Source: a bacterium
GTDB lineage: Bacteria > Actinomycetota > Coriobacteriia > Coriobacteriales > QAMH01
Assembly: GCA_963642995.1 (NCBI GenBank)
Contig: CAVIIZ010000001.1
Location: forward strand, 72,244-136,243
Direction: 5' to 3'
DNA length: 64,000 bases
The stretch's first letter is position 1, and every line of letters starts with the position of its first letter. Both the position numbers and the translations under genes were made by a program. This document shows, piece after piece, positions 38,290 through 46,567 of the stretch. The notes beneath the pieces are model-generated. The model was given only the letters and a program-made list of their open reading frames with translations, did no database searches and was not told the origin of the DNA.

Positions 38290-39339
38290 GTGGATCTGAC
38301 GCTTGCGGCGTTCATAGGGCAGATGGGGGTCTACCCCTCGCTCGGCGTCGTCATCGCCTTGGTCGTGGCCGTCTCGGTCGTCTCCGGCGCCACCGACGCG
38401 CCCAACGCCATCGCGACCGCGGTCTCGACGCGTTGCCTGAAGCCCGGCACGGCGCTGGCCATCGCGGCCGTCTTCAACTTCGTCGGGCTGGTGGCCATGA
38501 CCTACATCTCCACCGCCGTCGCGCACACGATGTTTTCCATGGTGAACTTCGGGGGCGACACGCACATGGCCCTGCTCGCGCTGGTCGCCGCCATGATCGC
38601 CTCGATCGGTTGGGGCGTGTTCTGCTGGTTTTGCGGGATCCCGGCCTCGAAGTCGCACTCGCTGATCGCCGGCATCACCGGGGCGGCCATCGCCTTGAAC
38701 GGCATGGCCGGCGTCGTGCCCGCAGAGTGGGCAAAGGTCATCTACGGCATGGTCTTCTCGCTGGTTGCGGGCTTTGTCATAGGGTGGGTCATGGTGAAGG
38801 CGGTCGAGACGCTGTTCGCCGCGGCGGACAGGCGGCGCGCGAACAGGGCGTGCATGGTCTTCCAAGACATATGCGCCTGCGCCCTGTCGTTTCTGCACGG
38901 CGCGCAAGACGGCCAGAAGTTCATGTCCATCGCGCTTCTGGGCATCGCCTTGAGCTTCGGAGCCGAGTCGCCCGGCGAGGCGGGCTTTCCGTTTTGGCTG
39001 ATGCTCCTGTGCTCGCTGTCCATATCGCTGGGCACGCTCATAGGCGGCAAGCGCATCATCAAGTCCGTGGCCATGGACATGGTGAAGCTCGAGAAATACC
39101 AGGGGGTCGCGGCATCGGCCACGACCGTGGTCACGCTGCTCGTGGCCTCGCTCACCGGCATGCCCGTGTCCACCTCGCATTGCTCGACGGCCGCCATCAT
39201 GGGCGTGGGCGCGAGCAAGAACCCGCGCAAGGTGAAGTGGTCGATCGCGAAGAACATGGTGCTGGCCTGGGTCTTGACCTTCCCCTGCTGCGGGCTGATC
39301 GGCTTTTTGCTCGCGCACCTGTTCATGGCGCTGTTCTAA
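38290..39339 (+). CDS. PiT family inorganic phosphate transporter
   Basis: GATDAPNAIATAVSTR in the N-terminal half and the symmetric HGAQDGQKFM / STSHCSTAAIMG motifs. About 10 TM segments. The start is uncertain: GTG 38290, or ATG 38323 (MGVYPSLGVV...). Confidence 0.88.
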   Translation: MDLTLAAFIGQMGVYPSLGVVIALVVAVSVVSGATDAPNAIATAVSTRCLKPGTALAIAAVFNFVGLVAMTYISTAVAHTMFSMVNFGGDTHMALLALVAAMIASIGWGVFCWFCGIPASKSHSLIAGITGAAIALNGMAGVVPAEWAKVIYGMVFSLVAGFVIGWVMVKAVETLFAAADRRRANRACMVFQDICACALSFLHGAQDGQKFMSIALLGIALSFGAESPGEAGFPFWLMLLCSLSISLGTLIGGKRIIKSVAMDMVKLEKYQGVAASATTVVTLLVASLTGMPVSTSHCSTAAIMGVGASKNPRKVKWSIAKNMVLAWVLTFPCCGLIGFLLAHLFMALF

Positions 39340-39387
39340 ACCCCAGCCCCCGTTGCCCCGGCAAACGTCCATTCCTCAATACGGCGC

Positions 39388-40668
39388 TCACGGACCCAAA
39401 ACGTCAATCGGCACTACGCAGACGCCGTCTTTTCGTCGGTAGGCGTAACCGCCCGACGTGAGGACCAGAAGAAAGGACGGCGCACCAGCGATACTCTGGT
39501 CGATTTTGCCCGCGACCTTGAGCAGCGAGGCTGCGGCGGTGTCCACCTGGGCCGTGCCCAGCTTCACCTCCACGAGCGCCCAGCGCCCGTCTGGCAAGAG
39601 CAACACGGCGTCTGCCTCTAGACCGTTCGCATCGTGATAGAAGAGAACGGTTCCCGAAAGCCTGCGCATATAGACGCGCAGGTCGCGCACACACATGCTC
39701 TCGAAGAGGGTTCCGTACGTTGCCATATCGCGCAACAACAGCTCAGGCGTGGCACCGAGTGCCGCCGCCGCGAGCGAGGGGTCGACGAAATGGCGCTTCG
39801 GGGTTGTGGCTATGCGGGACTTTGTCCGTAATGACGGCGTCCAAGCAGAGAGATCCTCGAATATCGTCAGGGCGCGCAAGGCGGCTGCATACGCGCTGAA
39901 AATTGGACGGGAGATTTCGCTTCCGCGCTGCTTCACATCCTTTGCCATGGTCGCCATGCCCGCTTGCGACGCGCTGCACCGAGCATAGGCGCGCAAGACG
40001 AGAAGCGCGTGCTCGGGGTTGCTCCTGGACTCGTCTACCCTGACGATATCTTCCTCGGCCACCGCCCGCACATAGTCTGCGGCAAGCTTCCCCGTTCCCC
40101 GGCTGTCCTCGCCCGTCACGGCAGCGGGCCATCCACCGCGCACGAGAGCGTGGGCCATGCGCTCTATGTCCATCGACGATTTCCCCCCGAAGTCCGCACA
40201 AACGTCGGAAAAAAGGGACGCAAGCGAGACTTCCCCCGTCGATTCGCGCGACTCGAATAGCGTCATCGGGCGCATATCAAGAAAGGACATGCGCCCTGTC
40301 CCCGAATGCTTCGGACTTGCTTTCGGGGTCGCAGACCCGGTGAGTATGAACCCGCCTCGCAGCTTCTCACGGTCCACTGCAAAACGGACCGCATCCCACA
40401 GTTGCGGCGCCTCCTGCCATTCGTCTATCAGACGTGGCTTCGACCCCCGTAAAAGCAAGGACGGCTTCTCCTCGGCAAGGCGCAGGTTGTTGCGCGCCTC
40501 GTCGGGGTCTTGCATGTAGAGGACGCTTTGCGCCTGGCGAAGAGCCGTCTCCGTCTTACCGCACCACTTCGGACCGCGAATCACGACCGCACCGGCGCGT
40601 TCCAGTCGCCTCTTCAAATCAGCATCTGCAATCCGCGGAAGATATCTCATGTCTGGTAAAGCCTTCAT
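39388..40668 (-). CDS. AAA-type ATPase (AAA_14 + DUF4143-like architecture)
   Basis: Walker A is IRGPKWCGKTETA and Walker B-like is PRLIDEWQ. The C-terminal half resembles the DUF4143 region of this widespread stand-alone ATPase family. ATG 40668 has an AGAGG SD. Confidence 0.75.
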   Translation of the reverse strand: MKALPDMRYLPRIADADLKRRLERAGAVVIRGPKWCGKTETALRQAQSVLYMQDPDEARNNLRLAEEKPSLLLRGSKPRLIDEWQEAPQLWDAVRFAVDREKLRGGFILTGSATPKASPKHSGTGRMSFLDMRPMTLFESRESTGEVSLASLFSDVCADFGGKSSMDIERMAHALVRGGWPAAVTGEDSRGTGKLAADYVRAVAEEDIVRVDESRSNPEHALLVLRAYARCSASQAGMATMAKDVKQRGSEISRPIFSAYAAALRALTIFEDLSAWTPSLRTKSRIATTPKRHFVDPSLAAAALGATPELLLRDMATYGTLFESMCVRDLRVYMRRLSGTVLFYHDANGLEADAVLLLPDGRWALVEVKLGTAQVDTAAASLLKVAGKIDQSIAGAPSFLLVLTSGGYAYRRKDGVCVVPIDVLGP

Positions 40669-40708
40669 ACAAGAACCTCTTTTCTCAAAGACGGCGTTTA
40701 CCTGTATG

Positions 40709-40766
40709 TTTTACACATTGTAGCAATTCCACTTTACACATTGCGGGAATCTCGTTTTACACATTG
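40709..40766. repeat. three direct repeats (iterons) of TTTACACATTG at exact 23-bp spacing
   Basis: TTTTACACATTG at 40709-40720, CTTTACACATTG at 40732-40743 and TTTTACACATTG at 40755-40766. They lie between the adhesin terminator and the ATPase start. On the minus strand, the copy nearest the ATPase gene overlaps a TACAAT -10-like hexamer (40717-40722). Confidence 0.85.
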
Positions 40767-40767
40767 C

Positions 40768-40798
40768 AAAAAGGAGGGCTTCCCGAAGGAAGCCCTCC
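40768..40798 (-). terminator. intrinsic terminator of the LRR-CWB2 gene
   Basis: Perfect 11-bp stem GGAGGGCTTCC-cgaa-GGAAGCCCTCC (40773-40798), followed on the minus strand by TTTTTG. It is preceded by a second hairpin, AGATGGCTTTTCC...GGGAAAGCCATCT (40804-40834). Confidence 0.75.
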
Positions 40799-40857
40799 AA
40801 GGCAGATGGCTTTTCCGCACTGGGAAAGCCATCTACGCGATGTCTCGAAAGGCGAGG

Positions 40858-43800
40858 CTACTTGCTGGCCACCTTTATCTTGTTCTCGACGTTTGCCGAG
40901 ACCGCCGAGGTGCCACCGAAGATGTAGCAGCTCTTCTCGAGCTTGTTCTTGTACACCTTCACCACGTTGTCGACGTTTTTGTTGTTGCCGTCGTCGGCCA
41001 AGACCAGAACCGAGTTCATCTTGCCGCAAAGGGCCGCGCCCGCGAGCGCGTCGTAGTACGACTTGCCGGTGGCCACGCCCATATGGGCGGCGGTCATGTC
41101 GCCTTCCTTGATGCAGAAGTCGGCGATTTTGCGGCTGGTGCCGTAGGCCGTGTTGCCCCAGAGGCGCTTCCACGATTTCGTCACCTGGCTCTCCACGGAC
41201 TTGGCCACGGCCGCCTCGCCACCCGTGATGATGGTGCGCGTAAAGCCGCCGCTTTTAATGGCCTTGGCGGTGGTATCCGCCAGCGTGCCGGACTTGCCCT
41301 TCGTAAGGAAGATGGGCGCCTTCTTCGCGTAGGCGAAAGGCGCGATGGAAAGCGCGTCTTGGTAGCTAGACGACGTGGCGACGATGGCATCCTTGCCCCA
41401 GCCGCCGTTCACGCGCTTGCCGTACTCGTAAATTTTGTTCGCGGTGCCGATGGCGGTACCACCCGCGACGCGCTCCACAGAGACGCCAAGCTTCTTTATC
41501 TGATTGAACACGTTGTCCGACACCGCCGAGAGGCCGCCTACGACGATAACGTTTTTCACCTTCCTGGACTTGATGAGCGCCGAGGTGGCGTCAGTGAGGC
41601 TCGTCGGCGAGGTCATGAGGATGGGGCAGTCCAGCAGGCCAGCCAGTCCGGACGCAGACAAGGCGTCGTAGTAGCCGTTGGTGGTGGCCACAATGGCCCA
41701 GTCACTGCTGCTCCAGCCTTCGTTCACGATGGCCTTCATCGTGCCGATAGCCGTGCCGCCGGAAAGGCGCTTCCAGATGTCGCTTGAAGACGATCCCTCG
41801 ACGGTGAAGCTCGCGCGCTTGACCGCGTCACCTTCATAGTCGCCGATAGGGGTGATGGTCACCGTGCCCGTGCCGGCCTTGTCGATACCGCTCCAGCTGA
41901 GCGTGTAGTCGACGTCTTTTTCCAGCGTCTTGCCGCCGATCTTCACGACGGGCTCGGGCTTCGCTCCCACCTTCTGCGCCGGAATGTCGCCCACCACAGC
42001 CTCGTCGAAGCCGGGCAGGGTCAGCGTGATGTAGGAATTGGTGCTCCAGTAGCGTATGCCCTTCGCCGTACTAGGATTCGCGTACATATCCTTGCTGATG
42101 CCATAGAGGATGCGCGGCGTGGTATCCGTCGTCGCCATCTGGATGTTATAGGTCTGCGCTTCGAGCGCCGTGCGGTCCCAGCTCGCGTCTACCGTGGGCG
42201 ACGAGTACTCGGTCAAGGTCAGGATGGGCTCGACTTGCATCGCGTTGTCCGGCGCGTCGGAGTTTGCGCCATGCGCAGCGGGGAAGAACAGGTTCTGCTC
42301 GTTGTAGAGCGTATCGTAGCTGACGCTTTGCTGAGGCGCGTCGCCCTTGCTCCCGTAGGTGATGGCCGCGCCGCAGGTCCAGTCGCGTGCCAGCCCTGCG
42401 TCGGCGAAGAGGTTGGTCATGGTCACGTAGTTGTCCGACGAGGCGACGTTCCATACGCCGTTCGGGAAGTACATGCCCGACATGGGCGTACCCTTCGTGG
42501 CCAGCGCCTCTAACTCGCTTTTGGTGAAGGCTTTCACCAGCGTCGGCTCATGAGAGCCGCGCTGCACGTTCAGCTCGAAGATGGTGGGCTCGGGGTAGGC
42601 CAGAGTGATGGTGGCCACATTCGAGACAAGGCGCTTGCCAGGCGCGTTGCCGGCCGCGTACTCCTCGGCGCTCACGCCATAGATCATGCGCGGCGCGTTC
42701 GTGGCAGCTGCCGCCGCTAGGTTGGCCGTCTGGGTCTCGGCGGCCGTGGCGCCATCGGCGATGGCAGAGGAGGCCTCCGTCAAGGCGAGCGCCGCCGGCG
42801 CGTCAACCGGGTTCGTCGTCGTGGTCGTGGAGTCTTTAGTCGTGTCGGGGTAGAATTTGCCCTTTTCAAGGGCGCTGTAGCTGACGCCCTCGCTGCCGAA
42901 ACCATCCGCCGCGGCATAGCTGACCGTCGCATCTTGCGTGTAGTACGCATCGATGTCCGCATCCCCGAACAAGGTGGAGAGCGTGACATAGTTTTGCGAG
43001 GAGTCGACGCTCCACGAGCCGCCCGTCCGCGCATAGAGGGCAGACACCGCCTGCGCGTTCGGGTCGACGAGCTTTTGCAGGTCGGCGATGGTGTATTCGG
43101 CCACCTTCTCGACCGCGCGGTCGCCTTCTTTCTTGTTCACAGTCAAGGCGATGGCCGCGTAGAGAGCCGTCACGCGGTAGCCGCTGTCGAAGATGGCCTG
43201 CTTCCAATCCTCGATGCTCCAGCCCACGAATTTCTTGCCCTCGGCGTCGTATTCGGGGGCCGCGGGCTCGGTGGCCGTCTGGCCTGCCGAAAGCACCTGC
43301 GCGTCGATGCTGGTGCCGTCGGGGTTCAAGAAGTTGACATAGAAATAGGAGTTGGCGTCCGTGATCTCGTCGGGCAGAGTCGCGGGGCGCACGCCGGCGA
43401 AGATGTACTTCTCAATGCCGCTGTTGGTGAAGGCCGCAGCATCGATGCTCTCGACCGTCGAGGGGATGATCAGCTCCTTGAGCGCCGTGGTGCCCATGAA
43501 TGCCTTCGCCGGAATCGACTTAGGCCCTTCCGCCAGGGTGACCGAGCTCAAGTTTTCCGAGCCGTTGAAGAGCTGCTGGGGCAGCTCGGCAGAGGTCTTG
43601 ATGATGGCCGTGGTCAGGTTGTGGCAATTCGCGAACAGGCGCGAGGGTAGGCTCTCAACCGTCGAGGGGACGGTCACGGACTCGACCGAGAGAGCCGCAT
43701 GCGAGGACAAATAGGTAACCCCCTCGGGATAGTCGAGCGTCTTCAGGCTCGTGCAACCAGTGAACGGAGATCCGCTCGAGCTGCCCACCGTCTTCAGGGT

Positions 43801-45423
43801 AGAGGGCATGTTCACCGTGTCGAGCGCGGTACAGCCGTTGAACATGTTGTAGGGAATCTGCGTGCACCCCTCGACGAAAGTAGCCGTCTTCAGGGACGTG
43901 CAATCCTGGAAGACGCCGTTTTTTGCATCTGTCTTGTTGAAATTCGTCACACTGGCAGGAACGGTGACCTCCGTCAGGCCGATCCCCTTGAAGCAGCCGG
44001 AATCGAGGCTCGTACAGGTCTCGGGGATGATGAAGCTCGTGATGGCCGCACAGCCCTGGAAGGCACACTTGCCGATGCTTGTGATCTGGTCGCTGATGTC
44101 GAGGGTGGCCAACGCGGTGCAGCCGTCGAAGGTGCTGGCGGGGATGTCGGTCAGGGCCGCGGGCAGCTTCGCGCTTTGCAACTGGGCACACTTCTGGAAC
44201 ACAGAAGTGCCCATGGTCGTGACCGCATCGGAGACGGTGGCCGAAGTGATGACCGTGTTGTAGAAAGCACTATTGCCGATTTCAATCACAGCAGCGGGCA
44301 GCTTCAAGGCACCTGTCAGGGCGGAACCGGAAAATGCGAAGGCGCCTATCTTGGTGACGGTAGCGGGCATGGCCGCCAGCGAGGTGATGGCCGTGCAGTT
44401 CTGGAAGCAGCTCGTGGGCAAATAGGTAATACCGTCAGGGAAAGTCACGCTGGAAAGCTTCGTGCATCCGGAAAAGCCCGTGCCCAAATCGGCAGTCGCC
44501 GTGTCGGTCTGGTACTGCGCCTTCACGCTCTCGTTGTCCGGCAGCTTCACCGAGACGAGCGAGGCGCAGTTGTCGAAGAGGTTCGTGCCAATCTTCGTGA
44601 TGGAATCGGACAAGTTCACGTTCGTCAGACCCGTGGCCTCAAACGCGTTGCGCCCGATCTGCGTGATGGTGGAGGGCATGAAGGACAGGTCGGCGATCTT
44701 CGAACAGCCGCTGAACATATAGTCGGGTATGGAGGTCATGCCGGCGGGAAGCGTCACCTTCGCGGAGTCAAGCCCCGTGCAGTTCTGGAAGACGTGCGCG
44801 CCCAAAGTCGTCGCCTGCGAGGACACCGTCAACTCTGAAATAGCGGAACAGCCCTTGAAGGCCGAATCCCCGACACTTGCCACGGTGGCGGGGATATTCA
44901 GAGTGGTGAACGCGGCTGCGCAACCCGAGAAGGCAGACTTGCCGATCGAGGTCACCTGCGCGGGGATGGTGAAGTTCTTGAGTGCCTTACAGTTGTTGAA
45001 GCAGCTGTCGGGGATGGCCGTTACGCCATCGGGGATGTTCACCTGGGCAAGCTGCGTGCAGCCGGAAAAGGCGCTCGTCCCAAATGTCGTCACCGTCGAG
45101 GGCAGCGATATGGAGGTGACGTTCGTCGCGCCGTAAAACGCCTTGTTGTCAAGGCCGGTGACCGTGTAAGTCGTGCCATCGTCCGAGACGACGGTTTGCG
45201 GGATGACCTTGCTTCCCGAGAGCTTGCTGGTCGTCGCCTTCACATAGGCGACCGACGCCGTTCCATCAGCGTTCAGCGTGTACGGGATACCGTCGATGGT
45301 CGTGGCGGCTTGCGCGCCGGCCGCGAGCACGGCGGCCAGCCCCAGCGCGCATGCGGCCGCAAAGGCCGCGCACGCGACGCGCATGCGGCGTGGCAGCGCG
45401 TGAATGGTCGTGCCTGTCTTCAT
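40858..45423 (-). CDS. giant surface protein: signal peptide + BspA-type leucine-rich repeats + Listeria/Bacteroides B-repeat + duplicated unknown module + 3x cell-wall-binding repeat 2 (CWB2)
   Basis: Signal peptide MKTGTTIHALPRRMRVACAAFAAACALGLAAVLAAGAQA. Dozens of ~23-aa units follow, of the form L.sv.iP..Vt.IG..AF.gC..L. One B-repeat (YFYVNFLNPDGT...FVGWS). The C-terminal 307 aa (40861-41781) are three CWB2-like units (GGTAIGT...YYDALSASGLAG...PILMT; YQDALSIAPFAYAKKAPIFLT; YYDALAGAALCGKMNSVLVL). ATG 45423 has a GGAGAAAGGAA SD. Confidence 0.85.
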   Translation of the reverse strand: MKTGTTIHALPRRMRVACAAFAAACALGLAAVLAAGAQAATTIDGIPYTLNADGTASVAYVKATTSKLSGSKVIPQTVVSDDGTTYTVTGLDNKAFYGATNVTSISLPSTVTTFGTSAFSGCTQLAQVNIPDGVTAIPDSCFNNCKALKNFTIPAQVTSIGKSAFSGCAAAFTTLNIPATVASVGDSAFKGCSAISELTVSSQATTLGAHVFQNCTGLDSAKVTLPAGMTSIPDYMFSGCSKIADLSFMPSTITQIGRNAFEATGLTNVNLSDSITKIGTNLFDNCASLVSVKLPDNESVKAQYQTDTATADLGTGFSGCTKLSSVTFPDGITYLPTSCFQNCTAITSLAAMPATVTKIGAFAFSGSALTGALKLPAAVIEIGNSAFYNTVITSATVSDAVTTMGTSVFQKCAQLQSAKLPAALTDIPASTFDGCTALATLDISDQITSIGKCAFQGCAAITSFIIPETCTSLDSGCFKGIGLTEVTVPASVTNFNKTDAKNGVFQDCTSLKTATFVEGCTQIPYNMFNGCTALDTVNMPSTLKTVGSSSGSPFTGCTSLKTLDYPEGVTYLSSHAALSVESVTVPSTVESLPSRLFANCHNLTTAIIKTSAELPQQLFNGSENLSSVTLAEGPKSIPAKAFMGTTALKELIIPSTVESIDAAAFTNSGIEKYIFAGVRPATLPDEITDANSYFYVNFLNPDGTSIDAQVLSAGQTATEPAAPEYDAEGKKFVGWSIEDWKQAIFDSGYRVTALYAAIALTVNKKEGDRAVEKVAEYTIADLQKLVDPNAQAVSALYARTGGSWSVDSSQNYVTLSTLFGDADIDAYYTQDATVSYAAADGFGSEGVSYSALEKGKFYPDTTKDSTTTTTNPVDAPAALALTEASSAIADGATAAETQTANLAAAAATNAPRMIYGVSAEEYAAGNAPGKRLVSNVATITLAYPEPTIFELNVQRGSHEPTLVKAFTKSELEALATKGTPMSGMYFPNGVWNVASSDNYVTMTNLFADAGLARDWTCGAAITYGSKGDAPQQSVSYDTLYNEQNLFFPAAHGANSDAPDNAMQVEPILTLTEYSSPTVDASWDRTALEAQTYNIQMATTDTTPRILYGISKDMYANPSTAKGIRYWSTNSYITLTLPGFDEAVVGDIPAQKVGAKPEPVVKIGGKTLEKDVDYTLSWSGIDKAGTGTVTITPIGDYEGDAVKRASFTVEGSSSSDIWKRLSGGTAIGTMKAIVNEGWSSSDWAIVATTNGYYDALSASGLAGLLDCPILMTSPTSLTDATSALIKSRKVKNVIVVGGLSAVSDNVFNQIKKLGVSVERVAGGTAIGTANKIYEYGKRVNGGWGKDAIVATSSSYQDALSIAPFAYAKKAPIFLTKGKSGTLADTTAKAIKSGGFTRTIITGGEAAVAKSVESQVTKSWKRLWGNTAYGTSRKIADFCIKEGDMTAAHMGVATGKSYYDALAGAALCGKMNSVLVLADDGNNKNVDNVVKVYKNKLEKSCYIFGGTSAVSANVENKIKVASK

Positions 45424-45588
45424 AGCTGCGGTTCCTTTCTCCATGCCGCTTCGGGTGCACGCGCCTCGACGCATGCCCCCCTGCGGCTTTCCATATATGC
45501 AAACTCGCCGCCCACGAGCGCAGGGCAGCGAGGTTGTTCTATCCGGCGCCACGACACGCGGGCGCGAAAAGGGGCGTCTTCCCCCGTC

Positions 45589-45918
45589 TCACGACCCGCC
45601 CTCGTCGCCGGCCGTCTCCAGCACGTACATCTTTCCCGTGGCGGGGTCCTCGAAGGCCTCGCCGCGGCGTATGTAGAGCCCCTTGCCGTCTTCGGTCGAG
45701 GAGAGCAGCTTGTCCATGTCCACGGCGTCGGAGAGCCGGTCTTGCTCCACGACCTCGGTCTGCGCCGAGTTCACCGAGACGTTCCAGTAGACGGCCAAGG
45801 CCACCATCAAGCCGCAGGAGAAGACCAGCATGACGTCGGCCAGATTGGAAAGGCCTGCCATGGGGTCTTCCTCTCCTGCGTCGAAGCGGCCGGCCCCGCG
45901 TGTCGGGCGCTTAACCAT
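45589..45918 (-). CDS. ExbD/TolR-like or DUF2149-like single-pass membrane partner of the MotA/ExbB channel
   Basis: 109 aa. The charged N-terminus (MVKRPTRGAGRFDAGEEDP) is followed by one TM, LSNLADVMLVFSCGLMVALAVYW, with an Asp at its cytoplasmic edge, and then a ~60-aa extracytoplasmic domain. ATG 45918 overlaps the upstream gene's stop by 8 nt (ATGGTTAA). The alternative start is ATG 45861. Confidence 0.65.
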   Translation of the reverse strand: MVKRPTRGAGRFDAGEEDPMAGLSNLADVMLVFSCGLMVALAVYWNVSVNSAQTEVVEQDRLSDAVDMDKLLSSTEDGKGLYIRRGEAFEDPATGKMYVLETAGDEGGS

Positions 45919-46567
45919 TGGCCGCCCCCGTATCCGCGGGCGCAAGCGAGGCCGCCTTGTCCAAGACGATGTTCATCGTGGCCTCCAGCGCGCTCATGTA
46001 GTCCTCGTACCAGTGGCGGCGCAGCTTGGATATGCCGAAGGCCACGGCCGAGACGATGAGACCCGCCACCGTCGTGTCGAAGGCGACGGCAAGCGAGTTC
46101 GACAAGGTGGCCATGTCGCCGCCCGACAGCGCCATGACGCCCGGCCCCAGCGGGATCAGGGTGCCCATCAACCCGAACATGGGCGCGATGCGCGTCGCGA
46201 AATCGCTGCGCATGAGGGTGCGGCGGTAGCGCAGCTCCTCTTCGGCAAGCAGGCGCGCGGCCAGCGCCTCGCGCACGTCGGGGCGTGCATCGCGCATGGA
46301 GAAGACCTCGGCGAGCGCGCTGCGTTGCCGGCGCAGAAGCCCGCTGTCCTCGATGACGGCCTCGACCTGTGCGGGCGCGGCATCGGAGACGGCGCGGGTG
46401 AAGCGCGAGACCACCGCCTTGAAGCGCCGTCGCTCGGACAGCCCCTCGACCACGAGCGAGCCCAGCTCGACGACCGCGTAGGCCGCGAGCAGCAGCAGCA
46501 CGACCATCACGGGCACGAGCAAGACCTGGGACAAGGCGTGTATGGTGCTCTGGATGCCGCTCGTCAT
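45911..46567 (-). CDS. MotA/TolQ/ExbB family proton-channel protein
   Basis: 218 aa with three TM segments. The family signature is in TM2-TM3: RIAPMFGLMGTLIPLGPGVMAL....LSNSLAVAFDTTVAGLIVSAVAFGISKL. ATG 46567 overlaps the TGA of the upstream LRR gene (ATGA). Confidence 0.8.
   Translation of the reverse strand: MTSGIQSTIHALSQVLLVPVMVVLLLLAAYAVVELGSLVVEGLSERRRFKAVVSRFTRAVSDAAPAQVEAVIEDSGLLRRQRSALAEVFSMRDARPDVREALAARLLAEEELRYRRTLMRSDFATRIAPMFGLMGTLIPLGPGVMALSGGDMATLSNSLAVAFDTTVAGLIVSAVAFGISKLRRHWYEDYMSALEATMNIVLDKAASLAPADTGAANG

Noticed and set aside
40709-40766. Evenly spaced short repeats considered as a mini-CRISPR array.
   Set aside because: The repeat is only 11-12 nt with 11-12-nt spacers and three copies. 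No cas genes are present. The geometry fits protein-binding iterons instead.
45589-46567. The MotA/ExbB-like + partner pair could be a Zorya (ZorAB) anti-phage module, a flagellar stator (MotAB), or a Ton/Tol system.
   Set aside because: - Zorya: ZorA is much larger, with a long C-terminal tail, and is accompanied by ZorC/D-type genes that are absent here.
- Flagellar stator: the partner lacks an OmpA-like peptidoglycan-binding domain, and no flagellar genes are nearby.
- Ton/Tol: no TonB, TolA, Pal or TonB-dependent receptor is present, and the organism appears monoderm.
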